From positions 1-32,000 of the forward strand of contig JAJRVL010000002.1 of the NCBI GenBank assembly GCA_024277355.1: a stretch of 32,000 nucleotides of DNA, written 5' to 3'. This DNA comes from an archaeon (GTDB taxonomy: Archaea; Iainarchaeota; Iainarchaeia; Iainarchaeales; 1-14-0-10-31-34). The notes below the pieces were generated by a model. That model had not been told where the DNA came from, made no database searches, and saw only the letters and a list, made by a program, of their open reading frames with translations. The position numbers and the translations under genes were made by a program. This document shows, piece after piece, positions 1 through 9,026 of the stretch. Each line of letters starts with the position of its first letter. Position 1 is the stretch's first letter.

Positions 1-72
1 CCTCTGGGCTCGTTATTCTCATTTATGTGAGTTTAATTGATTGAAGCGTTCAATCGTTTTGTTTAATATTAA

Positions 73-80
73 TTTATATT
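73..80 (+). promoter_or_regulatory. candidate archaeal TATA box upstream of tRNA-Phe
   Basis: TTTATATT is centred about 30 nt upstream of the predicted tRNA 5' end at 107. Supported by position and composition only. Confidence 0.35.
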
Positions 81-106
81 GGTTATTCCAATAATATTTT
101 ATTTCT

Positions 107-180
107 GAGACTGTAGCTCAGCCTGGGAGAGCACACGGCTGAAGACCGTGGTGTCGCGGGTCCAAATCCCGCCAGTCTCA
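107..180 (+). tRNA. tRNA-Phe (anticodon GAA), no encoded CCA
   Basis: Manual cloverleaf: acceptor GAGACTG/CAGTCTC, D arm GCTC-AGCCTGGGA-GAGC, anticodon arm CACGG-CTGAAGA-CCGTG (GAA), variable loop GTGTC, T arm GCGGG-TCCAAAT-CCCGC, discriminator A. A T-run follows at 181-187. The T loop reads TCC where TTC is usual. Confidence 0.9.
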
Positions 181-269
181 TTTTTTTAAATTTAACGATT
201 GTTGCTTTTTTAATTTTTTTTTTTGCCTTTCTTTTTTTAAATTCTTCTCATCTTATTTTGAAAGGTTTT

Positions 270-1553
270 ATGAATTCTACTTTAGTTATTGGTTCTCAGT
301 TTGGGGATGAAGGAAAAGGAAAAATAGTTGACTATTTGGCTGAAAAAGCAGATTGTGTAGTAAGATATCAGGGTGGAAACAACGCAGGGCATACAGTGGT
401 TGTTAATGGGAAAATATTTAAACTGCATTTACTTCCATCTGGAACAATAAGAAAAAAAAATTCTTTTATTGGAGCAGGAGTTGCATTAGATCCAAGAGTA
501 TTAAAACAAGAAATTGCGTCATTAGAAAAAGAAGGAATTAAAGTTAATTTGCATATTGATCCAAGATGTCATATTGTTTTGCCTTATCATAATATTATTG
601 ATATAGGAAAAGAAGAAGCATTAAAAGAAAAAAATATTGGAACAACAAGAAGAGGGATGGGGCCGTGTTATTCAGACAGGGCTTCAAGAATTGGAATTAG
701 ATTTGATGATTTAGTTGCTGAAAAAAGATTTAAAGAAAAACTTGACTGGAATTTTCCTTATTATGTTGATTTATGCAAAAAAGTTTTAGGAAAAACTTTT
801 GATTTTACACAGGAAGAAGTATTTCAGGAATATGTGTCTTTAGGAAAAGAATTCAAAAAATATTTAACTGATGTTTCAATTGCTGTGAATAATTGTCTGG
901 ATAAAGGAAAAAATGTTTTGTTTGAAGGTGCGCAAGGAACTTTGCTGGATAATGATTTTGGAACTTATCCTTTTGTTACTTCGTCTCATCCAACTTCTGG
1001 TGCAGCAACAACAGGAGTAGGGGTGGCGCCTCAAAAATTAAAGACTGTGATTGGAATAGTTAAAGCATATACTACTAGAGTTGGTGCAGGGCCTTTTCCA
1101 ACTGAATTAAAAGGAGAAGAAGCAAACACTTTAAGAAATGCGGGAAATGAATTTGGCACTACTACTGGAAGGCCCCGAAGAGTTGGCTGGCTTGATTTGC
1201 CTTTGTTAAGATTATCAAACAGATTAAATGGTTTCACTGAATTAACTATAACTAAATTAGATGTTTTAAGCGGAATGAAAAAATTATTTATTGCCGATTC
1301 TTATACTCTTGAAGGAAACAAAGTTTTTGAATTTCCGTATGCAAATCATTTAGTTGAAAAAGTAACTCCAAATTATGTTGAGTTTGAAGGGTTTACTTTG
1401 GAAGAAAAAAACAAAGAAAATTTAAGAGAAAAAGGTTTTTCTGCACTGCCTTATACTGCAAAGAAATATTTGAGTTTTATTGAAAATAAAATTAATGTGC
1501 CAATTAAAATGGTTTCTTTTGGTGCGGAAAGAAATGACTTACTAAAAAAATAA
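270..1553 (+). CDS. purA: adenylosuccinate synthetase
   Basis: N-terminal P-loop GSQFGDEGKGKIVD, plus GGNNAGHT, TTRRGMGPCY and GTTTGRPRRVGWLD motifs typical of PurA. I prefer the ATG at 270 (MNSTLVIG) over the TTG at 258 used in the ORF track. Confidence 0.93.
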   Translation: MNSTLVIGSQFGDEGKGKIVDYLAEKADCVVRYQGGNNAGHTVVVNGKIFKLHLLPSGTIRKKNSFIGAGVALDPRVLKQEIASLEKEGIKVNLHIDPRCHIVLPYHNIIDIGKEEALKEKNIGTTRRGMGPCYSDRASRIGIRFDDLVAEKRFKEKLDWNFPYYVDLCKKVLGKTFDFTQEEVFQEYVSLGKEFKKYLTDVSIAVNNCLDKGKNVLFEGAQGTLLDNDFGTYPFVTSSHPTSGAATTGVGVAPQKLKTVIGIVKAYTTRVGAGPFPTELKGEEANTLRNAGNEFGTTTGRPRRVGWLDLPLLRLSNRLNGFTELTITKLDVLSGMKKLFIADSYTLEGNKVFEFPYANHLVEKVTPNYVEFEGFTLEEKNKENLREKGFSALPYTAKKYLSFIENKINVPIKMVSFGAERNDLLKK

Positions 1554-2894
1554 TTATATTTTTTTTGTTAATTCAGAAGCTTTTCCAGTATAATTTTCGG
1601 GTTTTAATTTCAGTAATTTGTTTTTTTCTTTTTGACTTAAAGAACTTTTTTTAATAAATGTTCTTAATTCATCTAAAGAAAGTTTTTTTCCTCTGGAAAA
1701 CTCTTTTAATTGTTCATAAGCAGTGCTGTTTCCTTCTTTTCTCATTACTGTTTGGATTGCTTCGCTTAAAATTTCAGGGTGTTTTCTTAAATCTTCAAGC
1801 ATTTTTTCTTTGTTTGCCTGAATTCTGTTTAAGCCGTTTAAACACATTTTTATTCCTAGAATTGAATGCCCAAAAGCAGTTCCATAATTTCTTTTAATTG
1901 TTGAATCAGTTAAATCTCTTTGCATTCGGCTTTTCTGTAATCTTGAACTCAAAAAGGAAAGCAAATTGTTTGCTAATAATAAATTTCCTTCGCTGTTTTC
2001 AAACTGAATTGGATTAATTTTATGCGGCATAATTGAAGATCCGGTTTCTCCTGAAACTTTTTTTTGGGAAACATATTCTTTACTTATATAAAACCATAAA
2101 TCTGCATTTAAGTCAATTAATATATTATTCAATAAATTCATTTCATTTAATATTCTTGAAATGTTTTCATGAGGAATAATTTGGGTTGTTAATTCTTTAT
2201 TTTCAAAACTAAAACTTTCAACAAATTCTTTGCTTAATTTAATCCAGTTTTTTTCAGGAAATGCTTCAGAAAAAGAATTAAAATTTCCTGTAGCTGAATT
2301 AAGTTTTCCAGGTAATTTTAATTTTTTTAAGTAACTTAAAGAATTATTAATTCTTGAAGCAAAAACAGCTGTTTCTTTTCCAAAAGTTGTAGGTGAAGCT
2401 GGCTGGCCGTGAGTATGACTTAGCATTGCGGTTTTTTTTTCTTTTAATGCAATTTCTTTTAGTTTTTTTAACAAAACAAAACAATTAGTTATGTATAAGT
2501 TTAATCCTTTTTTGATTTGAATTGAGTTTGATAAATTGTTTATGTCTTCTGAGGTTAACCCAAAATGCACAAAGCTTTCTAAATCTTTTAATGAATTTTT
2601 TTTAATTTGTTTTCTTATATAATATTCTATTGCTTTTACATCATGGTTTGTTGTTTTTTCTATTTTTTTTATTTCTGTTGCGTCTTTTTCATTGAAGTTT
2701 TTATATAAATTTTCAAGGATTTTTTTTTCTTTTTCAGTTAGTTTTCTTATTATTCCTTTTTTTGATAAAAATAACAAATATTTGGTTTCAACTTCTAAAC
2801 GAAATTTTTGCATGCCGTATTCAGAGAAAATTTCTTGTAATTCAGAAAAATATCTTTCATATCTTCCGTCTATTGGAGAAACAGCTTTAATCAT
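1554..2894 (-). CDS. purB: adenylosuccinate lyase
   Basis: 446 aa. Starts SPIDGRY, with HFGLTSEDINN, MLSHTHGQPASPTTFGKE and the fumarate-lyase signature GSSIMPHKINP. Its stop codon directly abuts the purA stop (TAA|TTA at 1551-1556). Confidence 0.92.
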   Translation of the reverse strand: MIKAVSPIDGRYERYFSELQEIFSEYGMQKFRLEVETKYLLFLSKKGIIRKLTEKEKKILENLYKNFNEKDATEIKKIEKTTNHDVKAIEYYIRKQIKKNSLKDLESFVHFGLTSEDINNLSNSIQIKKGLNLYITNCFVLLKKLKEIALKEKKTAMLSHTHGQPASPTTFGKETAVFASRINNSLSYLKKLKLPGKLNSATGNFNSFSEAFPEKNWIKLSKEFVESFSFENKELTTQIIPHENISRILNEMNLLNNILIDLNADLWFYISKEYVSQKKVSGETGSSIMPHKINPIQFENSEGNLLLANNLLSFLSSRLQKSRMQRDLTDSTIKRNYGTAFGHSILGIKMCLNGLNRIQANKEKMLEDLRKHPEILSEAIQTVMRKEGNSTAYEQLKEFSRGKKLSLDELRTFIKKSSLSQKEKNKLLKLKPENYTGKASELTKKI

Positions 2895-3011
2895 AAATAT
2901 TTATATGTTGAATTCTTTTTATTGGTTTTGTTTATTTTGGCTTTTGACTTTCCATTTGATTTAAATTCTTTAACTTATTTAATTATATTACTACTTTGAT
3001 GGTTTTTGTTT

Positions 3012-4436
3012 ATGTGTGGGATAATTGGAATTATTTCCAAAAAAGATGTTTTATCTGATATATTTGTAGGAATGCTTTCTTTACAGCACAGAGGACAGGA
3101 TTCAGCCGGAATACTTTCTTTTAATGAAAAAATGAATTTAATTAAAAAAGAAGGTTTAGTTGGTAATATTTTTTCAGAAAAAGAATTAAGTGAATTAAAA
3201 GCTAATGTTGCAATTGGTCATGCAAGGTATCCTACTATTGGCTCTGATTTTTTAGTTGATGCCCAGCCTTTTATGGTGTCAAAGCCGTATGAAATTGGAA
3301 TGGCGCATAATGGAAACATAACTAATTATTTTGATTTAAAAAAAGAACAAAATTCAGAAACAGATTGTGTTGTTTCTTCTTGTGATTTGGAAGTTGTATT
3401 AAATGTTTTTGCAGAAAATTTGGATGAAAATTTTTCTGTTAAGTCTTTATTTTTTGCAGTTAAAAAAGTTTTTGAAAAAGTTAAGGGCTCTTATTCTATT
3501 GTTGCAGTAATAAAAGGCAAAGGTTTATTGGCGTTTAGAGATCCCAATGCTTTGCGTCCTTTAATTATGGCTGAAAAAACTGTTAATGGAATTAAGTCTG
3601 TGGGTTTTGCTTCTGAAAGTCTTTCTTTAACTTCAACTGGTCATAAAATAATTAAAGATTTAAATGCAGGGGAAGCAGTTTTTGTTGATTCTGATTTAAA
3701 TGTTGTTTCTGAAGTTTTGGTTAAAGGTAATCCTACTCACTGTATGTTTGAATGGGTTTATTTTTCTGGGGCTGAATCAATTCTTGATGGATTAGAAGTT
3801 TATACTGCGAGAATTAATTTAGGAAAAGAATTAGCTAAAGAATGGAAAAAAACCGGCTTAAAGGCGGATGTTGTTATTCCGGTTCCTGATACAAGCAGAA
3901 CTGCAGCATCAAAATTGGCGGAAGAAATTAATCTTCCTTATCGCGAAGGATTAATTAAAAACAGATATATTGGAAGAACTTTTATTATGGCTTCTCAGGC
4001 AAGAAGAGAAAACGGAGTAAGATTAAAACTTAATCCTGTTGAAAGTGAAATTAAAGGAAAAGATATTTTACTGGTTGATGATAGTATTGTAAGAGGAACT
4101 ACTTCAAAAAAAATTGTTAAACTGCTGAAAGATAATGGTGCAAAAAAAGTTTTTTTCCTTTCAACCTGTCCTCCAATAATTTCTCCTTGTTTTTATGGAG
4201 TTGATATGCCTTCTAAAAAAGAATTAATTGCTTCGCAAATGTCAGTAGATGAAATAAGAAAACATATTGGAGCTGATTTTTTATTTTATAATTCAATTGA
4301 CGCATTAAAAAAAGCTTTAGAAAGGGAAGATTTATGTATGGCTTGTTTAACTGGGAATTATCCTGTTGCTATTCCTAAAAAAACAGAAACTGAATTTGAA
4401 AAAACAAGAAAAGAAGAACAGGAAAAACAGAGGTGA
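3012..4436 (+). CDS. purF: amidophosphoribosyltransferase (glutamine PRPP amidotransferase)
   Basis: MCGIIGI Ntn-hydrolase N-terminus (catalytic Cys after Met), LQHRGQDSAG, and the PRTase motif ILLVDDSIVRGTTS. The ATG at 3012 places Cys at position 2, so the upstream TTG at 3006 is unlikely. Confidence 0.93.
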   Translation: MCGIIGIISKKDVLSDIFVGMLSLQHRGQDSAGILSFNEKMNLIKKEGLVGNIFSEKELSELKANVAIGHARYPTIGSDFLVDAQPFMVSKPYEIGMAHNGNITNYFDLKKEQNSETDCVVSSCDLEVVLNVFAENLDENFSVKSLFFAVKKVFEKVKGSYSIVAVIKGKGLLAFRDPNALRPLIMAEKTVNGIKSVGFASESLSLTSTGHKIIKDLNAGEAVFVDSDLNVVSEVLVKGNPTHCMFEWVYFSGAESILDGLEVYTARINLGKELAKEWKKTGLKADVVIPVPDTSRTAASKLAEEINLPYREGLIKNRYIGRTFIMASQARRENGVRLKLNPVESEIKGKDILLVDDSIVRGTTSKKIVKLLKDNGAKKVFFLSTCPPIISPCFYGVDMPSKKELIASQMSVDEIRKHIGADFLFYNSIDALKKALEREDLCMACLTGNYPVAIPKKTETEFEKTRKEEQEKQR

Positions 4437-4440
4437 TTTA

Positions 4441-5406
4441 ATGGGTTCAGTTAAGGATTTAGAAATAATAAAAAAGCCTTCAGAAAAAGAATTTGGAACA
4501 GGAATTTTTTCTTTTACTGATGATTATAGTGTGTTTGATTTTGGAAAAATGCCTGAAACAATTCCTAATAAAGGAAATTCATTATGCAGGATGGCTTCTT
4601 ATAATTTTGAAAAAGTAAATGAATTAGGAATTAATTCGCATTTTGAAGAATTTATTTCTCCTAATAAAATGAAAGTTAAATTAGTTCAGGTAATTTATCC
4701 GGATAAACAAAAGTTAACTTCAAATGATTCAAATTATTTAATTCCTTTAGAAGTAATTTTTCGTAACATGCTTCCTGAAGGAAGTTCTTTGTTGTCAAGA
4801 TTTAGAGAAGGAAAAGCTGATTTTAAGGCCTATGGTTTTTCTGTAATGCCTAAAGCAAATGAATTGTTTGTTAAGCCTTTAGTTGAATTTTCAACTAAAT
4901 TAGAGCCAATTGACAGAATGTTATCTGAAACCGAAGCAGCTGAAATGTCTGCTTTAAACGAAACTGAATTAATTCAAATTAAAGATTTTGCTTTAAAAGT
5001 AAATGATTTTTTGAATGAAAAAGCTGTTTCACTTAATTTAGTTCATGCAGACGGAAAAATTGAATTAGCTTTTTCTCCTGAAAGAAAAATTATTTTAGTT
5101 GATGTTTTTGGTACTTTAGATGAAAACAGATTTTTGTTTAATGGATTAAATGTAAGCAAACAAATTGCAAGAGATTATTATATGAAAACCGACTGGCATA
5201 AAGAATTGTCTGAGGCAAAAAATTCAGGGAAAGAAAAAGATGAATGGCCTGTTCCACCTGAATTACCTTCAAAATTATTGGAATTAATTTCTGAAATTTA
5301 TTCTGCTACTGCTCAGGAATGGATTGGGGAAGATTTTGCTTCTGCAAGAAAATTAGAAGTAGTTTTAGCTGAATTTAAGGAATTAAAAGAAAAGAATAAT
5401 TGGTAG
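4441..5406 (+). CDS. purC: SAICAR synthase, long form (phosphoribosylaminoimidazole-succinocarboxamide synthase)
   Basis: GSVKDL...FTDDYSVFDFG...IPNKG...NSHF matches the PurC pattern (G-K/S-x-K-D, D-x-x-S-x-F-D, KG). The ATG at 4441 follows GAGGTGA, a strong Shine-Dalgarno (SD) sequence. The ORF-track extension back to 4366 overlaps the purF 3' end and is unlikely. The product is longer than the classical ~240-aa PurC. Confidence 0.75.
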   Translation: MGSVKDLEIIKKPSEKEFGTGIFSFTDDYSVFDFGKMPETIPNKGNSLCRMASYNFEKVNELGINSHFEEFISPNKMKVKLVQVIYPDKQKLTSNDSNYLIPLEVIFRNMLPEGSSLLSRFREGKADFKAYGFSVMPKANELFVKPLVEFSTKLEPIDRMLSETEAAEMSALNETELIQIKDFALKVNDFLNEKAVSLNLVHADGKIELAFSPERKIILVDVFGTLDENRFLFNGLNVSKQIARDYYMKTDWHKELSEAKNSGKEKDEWPVPPELPSKLLELISEIYSATAQEWIGEDFASARKLEVVLAEFKELKEKNNW

Positions 5407-5451
5407 AGGAAAGCATTAAATATTTTGAAATCAATTATTGTTTGTGGTTTT

Positions 5452-5832
5452 ATGAAAGTTGCAGTTGTAATGGGTTCCGAATCAGATAAAAAAATAGCAG
5501 AAAAAGCAGAACAGGTTTTAAAGGAAAATAAAATTCCTTTTGAAACTTTTGTTGCTTCAGCTCATAGAAACCCTGATAAAGTAAAAGAAATTGCATTAAA
5601 GGATTTTGATGTTTTTATTGCAATAGCAGGGCTAAGTGCTGCTTTACCTGGCGTAATTGCTTCTCATACAAAAAAACCTGTTATTGGCGTTCCTGTTTCA
5701 TCAAAGTTAGGTGGCTTAGATGCATTATTAGCTATCAGCCAGATGCCTAAAGGAGTTCCTGTTGCTTGTGTTGGAATAGATAATGGCCAGAATGCTGCTT
5801 ATTTAGCTATTCGAATTCTTAAATCAAAATAA
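5452..5832 (+). CDS. purE: PurE (N5-CAIR mutase / AIR carboxylase family)
   Basis: [45 protein letters not shown]. The class (I or II) cannot be assigned by eye. I prefer the start at MKVAVVMGS. Confidence 0.88.
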   Translation: MKVAVVMGSESDKKIAEKAEQVLKENKIPFETFVASAHRNPDKVKEIALKDFDVFIAIAGLSAALPGVIASHTKKPVIGVPVSSKLGGLDALLAISQMPKGVPVACVGIDNGQNAAYLAIRILKSK

Positions 5833-5925
5833 TTAAAATAACCTTTCTTCATTATTATTTATGTTGTACAAAAAATTGAATTCTGTTTTTTCTATTTTCT
5901 TATATATTTTTATTGAGGCTGTTAA

Positions 5926-7455
5926 ATGATTGCAGTAATTAATTTTGGAGGGCAGTATTGTCATTTAATTGCAAGAAAAATTCGCGAATTAGGTGTTAAA
6001 GCAGAAATTTTTTCTAATTTAATTTCAGCTGAAGAATTAAATGAATTAAATCCAGCAGGAATAATTTTGTCTGGCGGTCCTGCAAGTGTTAATGAATTAA
6101 ATGCACCTAAAATGGATGCAGAAATACTGAAATTAGGAATTCCTGTTTTGGGAATTTGTTACGGCTTGCAGTTAATCACAAAAGAGTTAGGGGGATTAGT
6201 TAAACCAGGAAAAACAAAAGAATATGGAAAAAATTTTATTGAAGTTAAAGGAAATGATCCTTTATTTGAAGGGTTATATAATGAACAGGTTTGGATTTCT
6301 CATTTTGATGCAGTAAAAAAACCACCTAAAAATTTTGTTGTTTCTTCTTCAACTTCTGGCTGTCCTGTTGCTTCAATGTTTTCAGAAGAAAAAAACATTT
6401 TTGGTTTACAGTTTCACCCCGAAGTCCACCATACTCCTAATGGTAAAAAAATTTTAGAAAATTTTCTAAAAATATGTAAAGCAAAAAAAGACTGGAAAAT
6501 TTCTTCTGTTTTAAATGAAATGCAGAAAGAAATTAAAGTAAAAGTTAAAGATAAAAAAGTTATTATGGGTGTTTCAGGAGGAGTTGATTCTTTGGTTGCT
6601 TCAGTTATAATTCATAAAACTATTCCTAATCAGTTGTTTTGTGTGTTTATTGATAATGGTTTAATGAGAAAAAATGAAAAAGAATATATTGAAAAGTTAT
6701 ATAAAAAAATGAAGTTTAAGCATTTTTTTTCAGTTAATGCTGAAAAAGAATTTCTTTCAGCGTTAAAAGGAGTTTTTGATCCTGAAGAAAAAAGAAAAAT
6801 TATTGGGCATACGTTTATCAAAGTTTTTGAGGATGTTGCATTTGATTTACAGAATGAATTTGGTAAAATTTCTTTTTTAGGTCAGGGAACAATTTATCCT
6901 GATAGAATTGAGTCAGCTGAACCGTCTGAAACCGCATCAAAAATTAAGTCTCATCATAATGTTACTTTGCCTGAAAAAATGCATTTTGATTTAGTTGAAC
7001 CGTTAAGGGAATTTTATAAAGATGAAGTAAGAAAAATAGGACAAAAACTTAAAATCCAAAAAGAGTTTTTGAACAGGCACCCTTTTCCTGGACCTGGTTT
7101 AAGTGTAAGAGTTTTAGGGGAAGTAACAAAAGAAAAACTTGAAATTTTAAGGGAAGTTGATTTTATTTTTATTGATGAATTAAAGAAAGAAAAATTTTAT
7201 TATAAAACCTGGCAGGCGTTGGCTGCATTGCTTCCAGTTAAAGCTGTTGGTGTTAAAGGAGATGAAAGAGATTATTCTTATATTGTTGCTTTAAGAGCTG
7301 TGAATTCAGTTGATGGAATGACTGCTGACTGGACTAGAATTCCAGATGACTTATTAGAAAAAATTTCTTCCAGAATTTTAAATGAAGTTAATGGAGTTGG
7401 AAGAGTCTTATATGACATTTCCCAAAAGCCTCCTGCGACAATAGAATTTGAATAA
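5926..7455 (+). CDS. guaA: GMP synthase (glutamine-hydrolysing), fused GATase + ATP-pyrophosphatase form
   Basis: 509 aa. The GATase half has GICYGLQL and LQFHPEV. The PP-loop is GVSGGVDS, and the C-terminal dimerisation region ends PPATIEFE. A GAGG SD lies upstream of the ATG. Confidence 0.93.
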   Translation: MIAVINFGGQYCHLIARKIRELGVKAEIFSNLISAEELNELNPAGIILSGGPASVNELNAPKMDAEILKLGIPVLGICYGLQLITKELGGLVKPGKTKEYGKNFIEVKGNDPLFEGLYNEQVWISHFDAVKKPPKNFVVSSSTSGCPVASMFSEEKNIFGLQFHPEVHHTPNGKKILENFLKICKAKKDWKISSVLNEMQKEIKVKVKDKKVIMGVSGGVDSLVASVIIHKTIPNQLFCVFIDNGLMRKNEKEYIEKLYKKMKFKHFFSVNAEKEFLSALKGVFDPEEKRKIIGHTFIKVFEDVAFDLQNEFGKISFLGQGTIYPDRIESAEPSETASKIKSHHNVTLPEKMHFDLVEPLREFYKDEVRKIGQKLKIQKEFLNRHPFPGPGLSVRVLGEVTKEKLEILREVDFIFIDELKKEKFYYKTWQALAALLPVKAVGVKGDERDYSYIVALRAVNSVDGMTADWTRIPDDLLEKISSRILNEVNGVGRVLYDISQKPPATIEFE

Positions 7456-8931
7456 CTACTCTTTTAGTTTCATAAAAGGAAATAATATTACGTCTCTTAT
7501 TGAAATAGAATCAGTTAATAGCATTACAAGTCTGTCTATTCCTATTCCAATTCCTGAAGTAGGAGGCATTCCTATTTCCATGGCTTTAATAAAATCATAA
7601 TCCATTCTTTGTGCTTCAGAATCTCCTTTTTTTAATGCTTTTTCTTGGTTTTCCCAGTTTTTTTTAAGTTCTTCTGGATTGTTTAATTCTGAATAACTGT
7701 TTCCTATTTCCCAGCCATTAATATATGGTTCAAATCTTTCAACAAATTTTTTGTTGTTTTCTTTTTTCTTTGCTAAAGGAGATAATTCTGAAGGAAAATC
7801 ATAGACTATTGTTGGTTTAATTAAAGTGTGTTCTACTTTTTCTTCAAATAAGTCAGTTAATAATTGTGCCCAAGTTTTGTTTTTTGCGTTTTCAATTTTT
7901 TGTTTTTCTGCTTTTTCTTTTATTTTTTCTATTGGTTCTTTTTCAAAATCTATTCCTGTTTCTTTTTTTACTGCTTCTATTAATGTTATTTTTTTCCACG
8001 GTCTTTTAACATCAATTTCTTTTCCTTGGTAAGAAAATTTTGTTGTTCCTAAAACTTTTTTTGCAACAAATTCAACCATTTCTTCGCATAATTCTATGTT
8101 GTATTCATAGTTTTTGTATGCAGCCATTGTTTCCATTTGCAGAAATTCAGGATTATGTGTTTTGTCTATTCCTTCGTTTCTAAAATCTTGTGAGAATTCA
8201 AATATTTTTTCGTAACCACCGGTTATAAGTCTTTTCAAATACATTTCATTTGATATTCGCATATAAACTTTCATATTTAATTCGTTTAATTTTGAATCAA
8301 AAGGCTGTGCGTTTGTTCCTCCATAAATTGGCTGAAGGATAGGCGTTTCTACTTCTTTGTATCCTTTTGTTTCAAGGAATTCTCTTATAGCTTTGATTGT
8401 TTTTCTTCTTTTTTCAAATATTTCTTTTACTTCAGGGTTTATTATTAAATCTAAATATCTTTGTCTATATCTTGTTTCTTTATCTTTTAATCCATGGAAT
8501 TTTTCCGGAAGAACTTCAATTGATTTTGTAAGTAATTCTATTTTTTTTACATTTATTGTGAGTTCTCCTTTTTTTGTTTTAAACAAACTTCCTTTAATTC
8601 CTATTAAGTCTCCTCTGTCTATTAAATTGAATAATTCTATTGTTTTTTTGTCTATTTGTTTTTCTCTTACTGCAAACTGGATTTTTCCGGTTTCGTCTGT
8701 CAAATCTCCAAAAGATAATTTTCCAAATTTTCTTAAAGACATTATTCTTCCTGCAACAGAAAAGTCTTTTGTTATTTCTTCTTCATTTTTTATTGAATCG
8801 AATTGTTCATGAAGTTTTTTTGCATAGTTTTTTTTATCAAAGTTATGTGCATAAGGATTTATGCCTAATTCAATTATTTTTTTTAGATTGTTTATTTTGC
8901 TTTGTTTTAAATCGCTTATTTCTTCAGTCAT
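7456..8931 (-). CDS. lysS: lysyl-tRNA synthetase, class II
   Basis: OB-fold N-terminal part (VAGRIMSLRKFGKLSF), motif 2 FRNEGIDKTHNPEF, motif 3 GIGIGIDRLVMLLT. Its stop abuts the guaA stop with no intergenic bases. Confidence 0.92.
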   Translation of the reverse strand: MTEEISDLKQSKINNLKKIIELGINPYAHNFDKKNYAKKLHEQFDSIKNEEEITKDFSVAGRIMSLRKFGKLSFGDLTDETGKIQFAVREKQIDKKTIELFNLIDRGDLIGIKGSLFKTKKGELTINVKKIELLTKSIEVLPEKFHGLKDKETRYRQRYLDLIINPEVKEIFEKRRKTIKAIREFLETKGYKEVETPILQPIYGGTNAQPFDSKLNELNMKVYMRISNEMYLKRLITGGYEKIFEFSQDFRNEGIDKTHNPEFLQMETMAAYKNYEYNIELCEEMVEFVAKKVLGTTKFSYQGKEIDVKRPWKKITLIEAVKKETGIDFEKEPIEKIKEKAEKQKIENAKNKTWAQLLTDLFEEKVEHTLIKPTIVYDFPSELSPLAKKKENNKKFVERFEPYINGWEIGNSYSELNNPEELKKNWENQEKALKKGDSEAQRMDYDFIKAMEIGMPPTSGIGIGIDRLVMLLTDSISIRDVILFPFMKLKE

Positions 8932-9026
8932 TTAATCACTTTATTGAATATAATTAAATTTCAGTTAAAAATTGTTTTTAATCTTTGGTTTTAGTGAATT
9001 TCAATGATTTTTATTAGATTAATCCT

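Noticed and set aside
1-60. GC-richer first 12 nt (CCTCTGGGCTCG), possibly the 3' end of an upstream RNA gene, and a 7-bp hairpin GATTGAA-gcg-TTCAATC at 39-55 followed by T's.
   Set aside because: The window edge truncates it and I cannot fold or identify a partial RNA from 12 nt. The hairpin may be a terminator for an off-window gene, but that cannot be tested here.
2895-3011. Divergent purB/purF intergenic region with several TATA-like A/T boxes (for example TTTAATTATATT about 25-35 nt upstream of the purF ATG), suggesting a leaderless purF mRNA.
   Set aside because: In DNA this AT-rich, TATA-like strings occur everywhere, so I cannot distinguish a real promoter without transcript-start data.
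4366-4440. N-terminal extension of purC in the ORF track (MLFLKKQKLNLKK...), overlapping the purF 3' end.
   Set aside because: The ATG at 4441 follows a strong GAGGTGA SD and begins the conserved GSVKDL region. The extension is the purF C-terminus read in another frame.
8357-8812. Antisense ORFs from the track lying inside well-supported genes. Examples: 8357-8812(+), 8640-8957(+), 10906-11523(+), 10168-10479(+), 13445-13774(+), 22085-22462(+), 25821-26129(-), 27809-28114(-), 28621-28947(-), 30486-30797(-), 1031-1237(-), 1658-1897(+), 2692-2964(+).
   Set aside because: They are Phe/Leu/Ile/Ser-rich low-complexity shadow frames opposite Lys/Glu/Asn-rich genes, as expected in AT-rich DNA. None has an SD, a recognisable motif, or space independent of the real gene.
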